A stretch of 64,000 nt of DNA from Neocallimastix sp. 'constans' (GCA_050613775.1 JBODTK010000011.1:1488001-1552000), one strand, 5' to 3'. Shown: positions 1-10,361, numbered from the stretch's first letter. A program made the numbers and translations. The notes: a model not told the origin generated them from the sequence alone.

Positions 1-1229
1 AAACCTTGATCATTAAATCGACAAAGACTATATCTAATTGGATGTATAAATAACTGGTTATCAATTTGAGTTTTGAGGTTGATTAATATATCATAGAATG
101 GATCCTCCTTGTCTATAATTCTACACGTAACAAGTAGTTCTAGTTCATTAATATTTACGGGAACTTTGATTAACACATCTTCTGAGTAATCATCATTCAT
201 TGTTGCTAAACGTATTCGTCCTGCACTAACTCCTATAGGTTCATACTGATAAGGTAATTTATCTAAAAATTGCTTTGTGATAATACTTAAGTTGCTACAT
301 GAATCTATTAAAGCCTTACCACGAACTCCATCTACTATTACATCAACCATAGCAATATCATCTTCTTGTGGTTCATGATGTTTACTTTTATATGTATGAT
401 CTATATTGTTCGTTATTATTGTAGTAGCACACATATTATCCACTGCACCTGAAATTTTAGTATTATTCTTTTCTAATTTAAGTCCTTGTGATACTTGAGA
501 CCGTATCTTTGGAGCAACGTCCAATAATTGTCCAAATGTAATATTGCAATTACTGGAGTTTAAATCTTTGATCACGTCATGACTATCACAATCAGTTTGC
601 ATTTGTATTCTTTTTGGAATTCTAGTTGGCATAATTTCAGTTGACTTTTCTGATGATTTTTCTTGAATTAATTTATTTAAAGTTTGTTTAGAATTATTTC
701 CTTCCTGAGAAGTTTCTTCATTAATAATATTAACAATACTATTTTTATTATTTTCCACAGAAGTACTAGTACTAGCTCTTTCCTTATCTCTTAGCTCTTT
801 CTCAATCCTCTTTTCTTTCTCTATTCTGGGTTGAGCTATAATCGAAGGATGTAATTGAGTTGTTGGCTTTTTGACTGGTCGCGATGTTCCCCTTAATTGA
901 TTTTCTTTTTGTTTTCGTAAACCTGGAGTAACTATTGGCTTAGGATCATCTCTTAGACTACGGTGAACCCTCTTTCCTCTTTGGTCACTAGTCTCTTCAT
1001 CTTTAGGATTTGCCTTTCTCTTTATAACGTTTACTAAGTAATCCAATTCTTTGGAACCATCCGACTCATCATCAAAATCTTCGTAATAATCCGTAGTAGT
1101 ACCTTCTTGGAAATCAGCAGTTTCTTCATAATCATCATCTTCTTTTAAGTCAACTGTTTTGGGACGATGGCAGACTGAAGCAATTTTTTTGACGATGGGA
1201 GTGCTTCTACTCCCTTTTAGTGGTTTAAA
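1..1229 (-). CDS. pol: Retrotransposon Pol N-terminus (protease region), translated by -1 frameshift from gag; partial
   Basis: Manual translation of the -1 frame from the slippery site (FKPLKGSRSTPIVKK...) is open to the window edge. It includes ITFGQLLDVAPKIR and VDVIVDGVRGKALIDSCSNLSII (protease-like D-S-x), then YDILINL. Confidence 0.85.
1177..1229 (-). promoter_or_regulatory. Programmed -1 ribosomal frameshift signal (slippery heptamer + H-type pseudoknot)
   Basis: Minus strand: T TTA AAC in the gag frame, 8-nt spacer, stem 1 GGGAGT/ACTCCC, loop GAAGC pairing with downstream GCTTC. Confidence 0.85.
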
Positions 1230-2134
1230 TAATTTTCATAAAACTTCTTGCGGTTATTTTCCAATATAGAATTTAATTTAGGACAGTTTCGTTTGGTATG
1301 TCCTTCATTGCTACAAAACCAGCAAGTACTAATTTTCATTTCTTTCATCTTGTTAGTGAGATTTTCTATAGATACATTTTTGTGGGTTTTTGGTTTGTTA
1401 AAATCATTTGAAATGTTCTTATTAAAATTACTTTTAGAGTTAAGGAGATTGTAACGAGTCTTATCATAATATTCAGTACTATTTTTAATAGATAAACGAT
1501 CAACTTTTTCAGCTATAGCGAATGCTTTGGTAATAGAAATATGGTCTTTAAGCATAACCTTTCTCCATGCGTCAGGATTATTGGTTAAGGAATCTGCATA
1601 ATCTAAAACACTAATTTTTCTTCTTCTCTTTTTATCCAATTTATGGTACAAAGATCTATAACGGACATTAAAATCTTTAACTTTCTCGTTCTTCTTTATT
1701 TTCATGGAACGCAATTCTCGTAACAAGTTGGTTTGATCTTCTTTAAGTCCATAGAAAGTCTTCAGATGATTTATGATTTCATCAAGGCTTGGGTAGGTGG
1801 TAGTAGATTCACTTTCTTCATCATCTTCTCCTTCACTATCGCTATCGAAATCAGAATCTTCATCTTCAGTAAGGTCATTTCCATCTTCTAGTTCTTGGAT
1901 AATTTCTCTTGGTTCTCCAGAAGCCGTTAATATACAAGCAGTAAAAATAGTTTCAGGATCCTTGATATGTTGGTATTTTATCCATGCCTTTAACTCATTT
2001 GCCCAGGAGTTGATGTCAAGGTTTTGTTTAGTAAGCTTTTCAAAATCTTTTAATTCTTTCTTTAATTCTCTGAAGCTAAGCTTACTTTCTGGAGTACTCT
2101 CTGTTGGAGTACTGGAAGTACTGGATGTTCTCAT
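1217..2134 (-). CDS. gag: Retrotransposon Gag (305 aa)
   Basis: Provided ORF; C-terminal zinc knuckle CWFCSNEGHTKRNC (CX2CX4HX4C); gag-like segment ELRSMKIKKNEKVKDFNVRYRSL. Confidence 0.9.
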   Translation of the reverse strand: MRTSSTSSTPTESTPESKLSFRELKKELKDFEKLTKQNLDINSWANELKAWIKYQHIKDPETIFTACILTASGEPREIIQELEDGNDLTEDEDSDFDSDSEGEDDEESESTTTYPSLDEIINHLKTFYGLKEDQTNLLRELRSMKIKKNEKVKDFNVRYRSLYHKLDKKRRRKISVLDYADSLTNNPDAWRKVMLKDHISITKAFAIAEKVDRLSIKNSTEYYDKTRYNLLNSKSNFNKNISNDFNKPKTHKNVSIENLTNKMKEMKISTCWFCSNEGHTKRNCPKLNSILENNRKKFYENYLNH

Positions 2135-2616
2135 AAAATAAAATTTATTGTATCTATAGAATGCTAAACCTCGTAATGTATGAATTGTTATAAAAAAGTA
2201 AAAATAAAAAAAATTAAAAAAAATAAATCTTTTAACTAATAAAATTATTAATTATTTATTATTATTAATCACTTATTAAATTATAATAATCGTGCAATCT
2301 GATAGTACACACTGTCTGACGTGCAGCTTACCTCTTGAAAGGTGTCATGCCACGCGTGTGCCACGGTTACTATTTTCAATATAAAAAATAGCAGTCCAGA
2401 GCCTACTAGCCCAATTACTATGTAGGATAAACTTAACCCGGAAATCTATGCACGAATATTAGTTTAATTTAATATTAATTAATATTTTTAACAATTAATA
2501 ATAATTAGTTAAAAATATAAAAATTGTTTTCTTTTTTAAAAAAATATTTGTTTTATTAGAAAAATTATTTATTAATATTATAATTTTATCCCCAATGTAT
2601 TAATTTATTATTATAT

Positions 2617-2634
2617 TCCCCGATATCTCCACCA
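2617..2634 (-). promoter_or_regulatory. Primer-binding site, complementary to the 3' end of a tRNA-Ala-like tRNA
   Basis: TGGTGGAGATATCGGGGA; the complement ...ATCTCCACCA matches the typical eukaryotic tRNA-Ala 3' end including CCA. Confidence 0.75.
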
Positions 2635-3443
2635 ATTTTTCATGGTATGGTTCATATAATTTTAGGAATATAATAATAATTAACACAAATAATAAAATTA
2701 CAATAAAAAAAATTAATTTGTTTTAAAATCAATATTTATTTATTTAAATTTATAAAAGAAAAATAATAATATAATTATTTATTTAATAAAAAGAAAGTTA
2801 TTGATTATATTTTATTTCACTAAAATTACATGTATTTATATTTTTTTATCAAATTAAAATTTGTAAAGCCTAACTATTTTTTTAATAAACTAATTACTAA
2901 TTATTTTTATAAATAAAACATTTAAATTGAAATTGAATTATTATTTTAGTTAATAATATTATTGTTATAAATAGTAGTTATATATTATTGAATTATTAAT
3001 TATTTAATAATAGTTTAATACTAATATATATAAAATAAAAATAAAGAGATTATACAGAATATTTTATTGTGGTTTAGTTAAATTTAGTAATTAAAAATAA
3101 ATTTAAATTGATAACAAAATTTTAATAACTAATTAAATAGATTTGATTATTTTCAATATAACATAATACAAAAGAAATATAATATTAATATATTAAGTGG
3201 GCAAGGACAATATTCTTGGCTAAAGATTTTTAATACATTATAATGGAATCGGATCGATAATTCAAAAAGGAATTATAAGTTAATTAGTGATTTATTAACT
3301 TAAGATTTCTATTTAGTAATATTTGAAGAATATTGGAAAGTTCCAATTATATAGAATAGAATAATCTATAAGGTTAGAATAATTTATATTATTCTAGCAC
3401 AATTAGTATTATTTGTTCATTCTGTATTACTAAAACAAGCATG

Positions 3444-3514
3444 GCGTTAATAGTATAGAGGTAGAATATTTGCCTTCCAAGCAAATGGCCCGGGTTCGAT
3501 TCCCGGTTAACGCA
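3444..3514 (+). tRNA. tRNA-Gly (TCC)
   Basis: Acceptor stem GCGTTAA/TTAACGC + discriminator A; anticodon arm TTTGC-CTTCCAA-GCAAA; T arm CCGGG-TTCGATT-CCCGG; T-run terminator just downstream. Confidence 0.95.
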
Positions 3515-3521
3515 ATAGTTT

Positions 3522-3858
3522 ATTTTTAATATTTTTTGGAATAATAATAATAATAATAATAATATATATTGTTAAGAGTCAAGAATACATTTTATGATAA
3601 AAAGTTATATAAAGTGGCAAAATACTGTATTATGGCTCATTTTTAATATTTTTTGAAATAATAATAATAATAATATATATTGTTAAGAGTCAAGAATACA
3701 TTTTATGATAAAAAGTTATATAAAGTGGCAAAATACTGTATTATGGCTCATTTTTAATATTTTTTGAAATAATAATAATAATAATATATATTGTTAAGAG
3801 TCAAGAATACATTTTATGATAAAAAGTTATATAAAGTGGCAAAATACTGTATTATGGA
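3522..3858 (+). repeat. Tandem triplication of a ~112-bp unit that includes the PolB ExoIII-coding segment
   Basis: tatattgttaagagtcaagaatacattttatgataaaaagttatataaagtggcaaaatactgtattatgg occurs three times. Confidence 0.9.
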
Positions 3859-4560
3859 TTCCATTTTAACATTAAAAACTAAATATATTTAATGTTTCTC
3901 ATCAATGGATTCAACTTTTTAGAAATTGCTAAAAATATTAAGAATCCTGTATCTGTATCAACAGAAATATACAAAAAATGGAACAGAGTAAAAATATTTT
4001 CTATTCTTCTTTACAAATATTCCTTCAACAACAATATATATGTATTTAATTTAGATCAATCGGATATTCAAGGGTGCACAGGAGCAACGGTAATTGAACC
4101 CATATCAGGTGCATATGATTATTGTTCTATGCTAGATTTTTACAAAGTTTAATATCCCAGTGTCATCATAACTCACAATAAATGTTACATCACATTAATG
4201 GATAGTTCAATCCTTGATAAATATCCCAAAGATTCGTGTCACCAAAATGATATTGATGATAAAGGATACTATTACACTAGGAATCATATTCAGCCACAAA
4301 TGATAAAAGTGCTTTTATCAGAACGTATACGATATAAATATTTAATGAAGAGCTCTTCCAGTGAAGATTATACTATTTAGGACAAAGCGGTAATATGCTT
4401 TAAAAATTCAAGTAAATTTAGTTTATGGATGCCTTGGATCTAGCTCATTAAAATTCTTAAGATTTTAACCTTGGTCCAGAATGTATCACAGGAATGGAAA
4501 GAAATTAATAAATTAATAAAATAAAGCAATAAAGATTATTGAAAGTATCCAATTTATCGA
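3790..4560 (+). pseudogene. Degraded family B DNA polymerase fragment (RNA-primed, delta/large-virus type)
   Basis: Motifs in order across frameshifts and stops: VAKYCIMDSILTLKL (ExoIII), GATVIEPISGAYDYCSMLDF + SL(I/Y)PSVIITHN (region II), LLSERIRYKYLMK, LKIQVNLVYGCLG (region III), CITG. No introns evident. Confidence 0.85.
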
Positions 4561-4763
4561 TTCCCGTATGTAAATACTAATTTCTGATTATATTAAATAT
4601 ATTAATAAATCCTCTCCTATTTATAACTTGTTAAAAAAAAGAAAAAAAAAAATAAAAAAAAAAAGTAACATTTAAATGAAATTAGCTTTTTACTGGTATT
4701 ATAAATAAAGGAAATAATAATTAATACTTAATTACTCGTTAATTTCAGAGAATCCTTAAATAA

Positions 4764-4810
<47 letters not shown>

Positions 4811-5494
4811 TAAACATTTATTGTGAAGATGATAATCTCTATGAGATGATAGATCTTCTTTTCTGAAGATTCGTTTTATTATATTAATGAAAATACATAT
4901 CCATTGATAAAGGTAAAGTATATCATTATTAATGAATGTATTATTAATAAAAAATATAGCAATGATCAATTTTACACGTAAAGCATAATTTGTAAATTTC
5001 AACCATATACAATTCATTGTAGTACTGAAAGATTATAAATATATATATAAATATATAATAAGTATATGCCACTTACAACTTTATAATATCATAAAAAAAT
5101 ACTTTAGCAACAAATAAATGAAGAATCGTAACAGAAATATGTATTTATAATATAATATAAATATAAATATATAAATATATTCATAAAATTATATTTAAAT
5201 ATTTTATGAATTAAAGATATAAAATAATAATTGCATTAAAAATATATACTCTTTCAATGTAGTCCTAAATATACATTAATATTATTAATATTTTAATGTT
5301 ATAAATATTTACTTTTTCTTTTTTATTTATAAAAAAAAAAATAACAATTATTAACATTAAATTTTTATTCGCTTATATAATCTACACTTTATATTTCTTA
5401 TAATATACTATTTACTCATATATACAATATATATATAATTTATATTTAAATTTTTTTTTTTTTTTTTTTTTTTATGATTTTGATTTTTTATATA

Positions 5495-5785
5495 TTATCA
5501 TTTCCAATTTATATAAATATTATTTGCAATATATATACTGAATACACTGAAAATATCGATAATTATCATTCCAATTTATATAAATATTATTTGCAATATA
5601 TATACTGAATATACTGAAAACATCGATAAATTATTCATTCCAATTTATATAAATATTATTTGCAATATATATACTGAATACACTGAAAATATCGATAAAT
5701 TATCATTCTAATTTATATAAATATTATTTGAATATATATATATATATATATGTGTGTATACTGAATACACTGAAAACATTGATAA
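5495..5785. repeat. Tandem repeat, ~67 bp x4
   Basis: Unit ttatcattccaatttatataaatattatttgcaatatatatactgaatacactgaaaatatcgataa, immediately 3' of the helicase stop codon. Confidence 0.9.
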
Positions 5786-5823
5786 TTAAAAAAAAAAAAA
5801 AAAAAAAAAAAAATTGTATTCAT

Positions 5824-8800
5824 TTATAATACAATAATAAGATTATAATCAAATAAATATTTTTTCCATAATTCAATAATTTTAGGTCTTTTATCTTTAA
5901 CCGTAAGTGAAAATGACGACAATAATTTATGTAATAAAAAAGCTTGATGTGGTCGTTCATTGCAGTATTTAGGTATATTATTTTGAGTGACAACGTTTAA
6001 AATATGTTTTTTAATTAATCTATATTTATCTTCATTGTTTTCCTCTTTACAAATTTCTTCCATCTTTTCTGCAGAAACTTGTTTATAGCCTTCAATAGGA
6101 AACGATGACAATTTTTTTTCAATGTCGTCATAACAAATCGAATAGATCATCACCTCCATTAGTTCTTCTTTTTTATAAAAACTTTTAATATTACGTCCAC
6201 GATTAATATCACGAAGATTATTAGAAGTAGTCTTTTTTTTTTTTTTTTTTTTAGCATTAAAATTTAAATAATTTTTTAAATCACGATACCTTAGCGTAAA
6301 GTCATTACATAACAAATAGACATATTTATAACGGTCTTTTAATGGGTTTTCTACTACCGCATCATAATGTTCCTTCATGAGATTTGAAATATCCTTTGAA
6401 TAGGACGTATCATTTAATGTCATCCATTTTTTAAATTCAAGATCGGTATAAATAATATTAGAACTAAAATCCTCCACGGACCGTTTTTTATTACTAGCAT
6501 AGGATGTATTTTTAATACCTGAGAAATACGATATATAAATGAAATTATCAGTTTTTTTCCAATAAGGATAAAATAATTTGGTGATATTGGATAAGTTATG
6601 TTGCAGAGCATATTTTAATATATATAATTTTTTAGTATGAGAATATTTAATAATTTGATCATACACTTCTCTGTTTATATCATTTTGTAATCCATCGTTT
6701 AAACAAATTATTTCCTCGTCTTTAATATCTACCTTTGCATAAATAAAACTGGAGGAATGATCATTTATTTGTTTATTTTTATCACGGTTATAGTATGGAA
6801 GACTATGGGTAAGTAAATCTTCAAAAAACATATTGTTACGACTTAAATGATAACCGAATGAAACTTTACGATAAATTATTCCGCAAGAATATTCTAAGAT
6901 ACCACCTGCTATCACAATTTTCCTACTGTTAATGTATTCTATTAATTTTGGTAAAAGTAACGTATTAATGGCAGGAACTTCATGCAAAAGATCTTCAATA
7001 CTAATAGAATTATTCTCAAAAAAACATGTTATTAACTTTTTATTTATTTCGATCACATATTTTGGTAAAATTTTATCTAGGTATTCAGAAGAATATTTTA
7101 AAGAAGAGGAGAAAGATTGTAATTGTATGGATGGAATGATATTTGTATTGTAAACTAACGTATTTCCTTCAATATTATTGAGAGAGGTAGTAACTTCATG
7201 AGTATTTGTATCTATACTATTACCTGTAGTGGTCATCATTCTATTTTCACTCAAGTTAGATTCAATATCACCGTTAGTATTCTGGGGATCATTTAAATTA
7301 GGATGAGCATGAACCAAAGATTCAATAGAAGCGTTTTGTAGTGCCTGATTATATTTTAATGCATTATTATATTTATTTTCGCATAAAATATATTTGGAGT
7401 AGTCTATACTATATTCTCTAGAATTAGAACACTTCACCTCATCATCACATGCCATGTACAAATAAATATTAGCAAATCGTTGTTCAGGAGGAAGAGAATC
7501 ATGCGAACCGACGCGTCGAATTCGTCCAATAATTTGATTTATTTTTTCATAATTCCAATGAGGTGTCAATACATGTAATTGCCGGACATTCATAATATCG
7601 ACACTTTCCGATACAACGTCACTTCCCAAAAGAACTCTTATCTTTGATCCATTTTTGTTACTTGGATCATTAAACATATTTAAACGTTCCATCGCGTTTG
7701 GACAAAGTCGTTTATCTCCCGTAATAAATGTGAAATTCCAAAATTTACGATTTCTTTCCTTTCGGATTTCTTTTAGTTTAGCGAATTCGTATTTTTCATC
7801 ATCATCAATATCATCTTCACAATAAAAAGGAAAATGATAAGAAGGAAAACGACCACCACCATTTATACTCTTTTTATCTACTTTCTTCTCTTCTAAATTG
7901 GAAAATTCTGATGACTCTTCATCATTATGATGTCTATTGGAAGATTCTTCATAAACATAATGATAACCCATAGCACAAAGTATCGCGGAAAAATAATAAA
8001 TACCAACTTCTTCAATAATATTACAATAGATAAATACTGGTCCATCTGGAGTTTCCTTACTATTTATTTCTTTAAGGCAATGATACAATTTACAGCTGTA
8101 ATATTTAAGATCCTTCGATTGTTGCCTTATAATATTTTGTAAAAAGGGGTTACTATTAATAATAATATTATAACTTAAAATGTATTGCGATGAAGTCGAT
8201 TTAACATTTAAATTACCATTATCATCATCATCATCATCATCATTATCATTATCATCATTATCATTCAAATGAAGGACACCAAGTGTTGCTTTCACATAAT
8301 CCACACCAATATTAACTTCATTTTTCGATTCTCTAACGACTTTTCGATAATTTTCCAGTTGAGCCCCTTGCATCGGTACCTTTACTATTTTGTAACGTTG
8401 AATACCTGGGATATATGATCCAATATAATTCACGGAAGTATTTGGGGGATTTAGTCCATAGTAAGATAGGTGTCCAAGCATTTCTTCTTTCACTTCTTCC
8501 GGTGTTAATGCTGTAGCGGAGTTCAAATTAGGTTTAATTAATTTAATCAAATTTATTATTTCATTGGCATTATCAAAAATTGGAGTAGCAGACATAAATA
8601 TAATGCGACCTCTATTAATATGATTTAAAAGTAAGAGTAGTTTATTGTAGATAACCTTATTTCCTACATTATAACGAAAATGATGAACTTCATCGATAAT
8701 GAATAATCTATCATCATAGATAGAAAAAGAATTAGATCTTGTCTGTTTAGAACCATTTTTATCATCATTATTATCATCATCATCATCATCATCACCAATG

Positions 8801-9210
8801 GATTTACAAAACGCTATATAGGTACGAAAATCAATATATTTTTTAATGAATTGTTTATAATTTTCAATATTTGGTAGGGGTGGATAATAATTGAACGTGT
8901 AAGAATACCATGCCTTTACGCGTTCTGTAAATTCAGTTATTGCTTCTTTGCTTTTGACAAGTATAATACTAGGTTTTTTATAAACATTTATGAAATTTAG
9001 AATGATCCACAATGCCGTAAACGACTTTCCCGTTCCTGGAGTATGATAAATTAAAAATCTTCGGATTACCTTGTTTTCAGGAGACATATACCTTACAGGT
9101 AATATTTGGTACCTTTTCATATTAACATTTTCTTCTATTAATGGATTATTTGAGTATATTTCGGAAAATTCTCTTAAATTATGGAGGTTACTTATATCAG
9201 GGTATGTCAT
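5824..9210 (-). CDS. Superfamily 2 helicase/ATPase resembling NCLDV early transcription factor small subunit / NPH-I (poxvirus D6/D11 family); intronless, 1128 aa
   Basis: LIYHTPGTGKS (Walker A), IIDEVH, MSATP, ESVDIMNVRQLHVLTPHWNYEKINQIIGRIRRVGSH. The PHWN..QIIGR.R..SH signature is typical of D6/D11-like viral helicases. Confidence 0.85.
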   Translation of the reverse strand: MTYPDISNLHNLREFSEIYSNNPLIEENVNMKRYQILPVRYMSPENKVIRRFLIYHTPGTGKSFTALWIILNFINVYKKPSIILVKSKEAITEFTERVKAWYSYTFNYYPPLPNIENYKQFIKKYIDFRTYIAFCKSIGDDDDDDDNNDDKNGSKQTRSNSFSIYDDRLFIIDEVHHFRYNVGNKVIYNKLLLLLNHINRGRIIFMSATPIFDNANEIINLIKLIKPNLNSATALTPEEVKEEMLGHLSYYGLNPPNTSVNYIGSYIPGIQRYKIVKVPMQGAQLENYRKVVRESKNEVNIGVDYVKATLGVLHLNDNDDNDNDDDDDDDNGNLNVKSTSSQYILSYNIIINSNPFLQNIIRQQSKDLKYYSCKLYHCLKEINSKETPDGPVFIYCNIIEEVGIYYFSAILCAMGYHYVYEESSNRHHNDEESSEFSNLEEKKVDKKSINGGGRFPSYHFPFYCEDDIDDDEKYEFAKLKEIRKERNRKFWNFTFITGDKRLCPNAMERLNMFNDPSNKNGSKIRVLLGSDVVSESVDIMNVRQLHVLTPHWNYEKINQIIGRIRRVGSHDSLPPEQRFANIYLYMACDDEVKCSNSREYSIDYSKYILCENKYNNALKYNQALQNASIESLVHAHPNLNDPQNTNGDIESNLSENRMMTTTGNSIDTNTHEVTTSLNNIEGNTLVYNTNIIPSIQLQSFSSSLKYSSEYLDKILPKYVIEINKKLITCFFENNSISIEDLLHEVPAINTLLLPKLIEYINSRKIVIAGGILEYSCGIIYRKVSFGYHLSRNNMFFEDLLTHSLPYYNRDKNKQINDHSSSFIYAKVDIKDEEIICLNDGLQNDINREVYDQIIKYSHTKKLYILKYALQHNLSNITKLFYPYWKKTDNFIYISYFSGIKNTSYASNKKRSVEDFSSNIIYTDLEFKKWMTLNDTSYSKDISNLMKEHYDAVVENPLKDRYKYVYLLCNDFTLRYRDLKNYLNFNAKKKKKKKTTSNNLRDINRGRNIKSFYKKEELMEVMIYSICYDDIEKKLSSFPIEGYKQVSAEKMEEICKEENNEDKYRLIKKHILNVVTQNNIPKYCNERPHQAFLLHKLLSSFSLTVKDKRPKIIELWKKYLFDYNLIIVL

Positions 9211-9309
9211 TTATATCATTCATAAATATAAATTTATATTGTTTTATTATTATAGTAATTTATTGAATAAAAATAATAAAAAAAAATGTATATAGATATT
9301 TATATATAT

Positions 9310-9366
<57 letters not shown>

Positions 9367-9988
9367 CAGGGAAAAGACGTATATATATAATTTTTTTCGA
9401 GAAAAAAAAAATATATTTATATATATATGTAATAAAAATATAAAATATAACACCAATAATAATTTTTTAATTATTTTTAATTATTTAAAGGCAATACATA
9501 TATATATTTTTTTTATTAAAAGCATCTGATAAGTCTTTTTATTTGTTTATAAACATTTATATAATACTTCATAATAATATAAAATAATCTATATCAAATC
9601 ATAGGTAAAAAACATTTTTATGCACCCTTTACCAAATACGTATACTTCTTTAAAATAATTTTAATCTTTACACAAAAATAATGAATAAATAAATTATACT
9701 TATTTTCTTTTAAAAATAGAATAAAGTTTATTTTTTATTTTTATATTTTTTTACATTTTTTTACAATTTCTATTTTTTTTAAATTTTTTACATTCTTAAT
9801 TTTTTCCTTTTTTAATATTTAAAATTTTTTATTTAATTTATAATTTTTTTTTTCAATTTATGATATTATACAAATATAACAAAAACCTTGAAACATACCT
9901 AAATTTAATAATTATAAAAAAAAATAAAAATTAGTTTTTCATAATTAATTAATTAAACTATGTAACTATTTATCTTTCTGAAGCTTTT

Positions 9989-10070
9989 TTTTTCAGTTTA
10001 AAGCCTTGTCACAGGCAGTCTAATCATTATATTTCATTAGACCGTCGTGAAAAAATAAATCATCATCTAA
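9989..10070 (-). ncRNA. snR73: Box C/D snoRNA, snR73 ortholog (25S Cm2959 equivalent)
   Basis: C ATGATGA, guide TCACGACGGTCTA complementary to LSU UAGACCGUCGUGA, D' ATGA, C' ATGATTA, D CTGA. The D'+5 rule points to the C of UAGAC. Flanking stem GAAGCTTTTTT/AAAAAAGCTTC. Confidence 0.88.
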
Positions 10071-10279
10071 AAAAAGCTTCCCTATTTTTTATTAATCATT
10101 TTGATGGTTACCTCTAAATAGGATTAAATCACCTGTTCAATTTTCAATCATTTTCTTCACTTCAATTTCCGTACTTTCACAACATTTTGTATATCTAAAA
10201 ATTATTATAAACAATTAATTATTAGTATCAACAATACTCCTATTTATTAATTATAATTTTTCTTTAATATATAGTTTAT

Positions 10280-10361
10280 CAATTCAGACGTTATAAAAAA
10301 TTTTCAACATAATATATTAAGACATATGCTTGTCTATTTTTTAAATATTGTCATCATTACA
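10280..10361 (-). ncRNA. snR74: Box C/D snoRNA, snR74 ortholog (18S Am28)
   Basis: C ATGATGA, guide AGACAAGCATATG complementary to 18S CAUAUGCUUGUCU, D' CTTA, D CTGA; the +5 rule gives A28. Confidence 0.9.

Larger units (their letters stand above)
1..2634 (-). mobile_element. Ty3/Gypsy-type LTR retrotransposon, 5' internal portion (PBS, leader, gag, start of pol); continues past the window start. The 5' LTR lies somewhere in ~2640-3440.
   Basis: gag with CCHC knuckle, overlapping pol frame with an aspartic-protease-like motif, -1 frameshift signal, tRNA PBS at 2617-2634. The LTR cannot be delimited because the 3' LTR is outside the window. Confidence 0.88.

Noticed and set aside
1248..2141. 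Plus-strand ORFs overlapping gag
   Set aside because: Antisense shadows of gag.
2315..2325. TGCACGTCAGA (minus), resembling the snR72 guide
   Set aside because: Followed by CAGT rather than CTGA, has no convincing C box and lies in the retrotransposon leader; likely chance.
3522..3858. CRISPR-like array
   Set aside because: Simple tandem triplication, no spacers, no cas genes, eukaryotic context.
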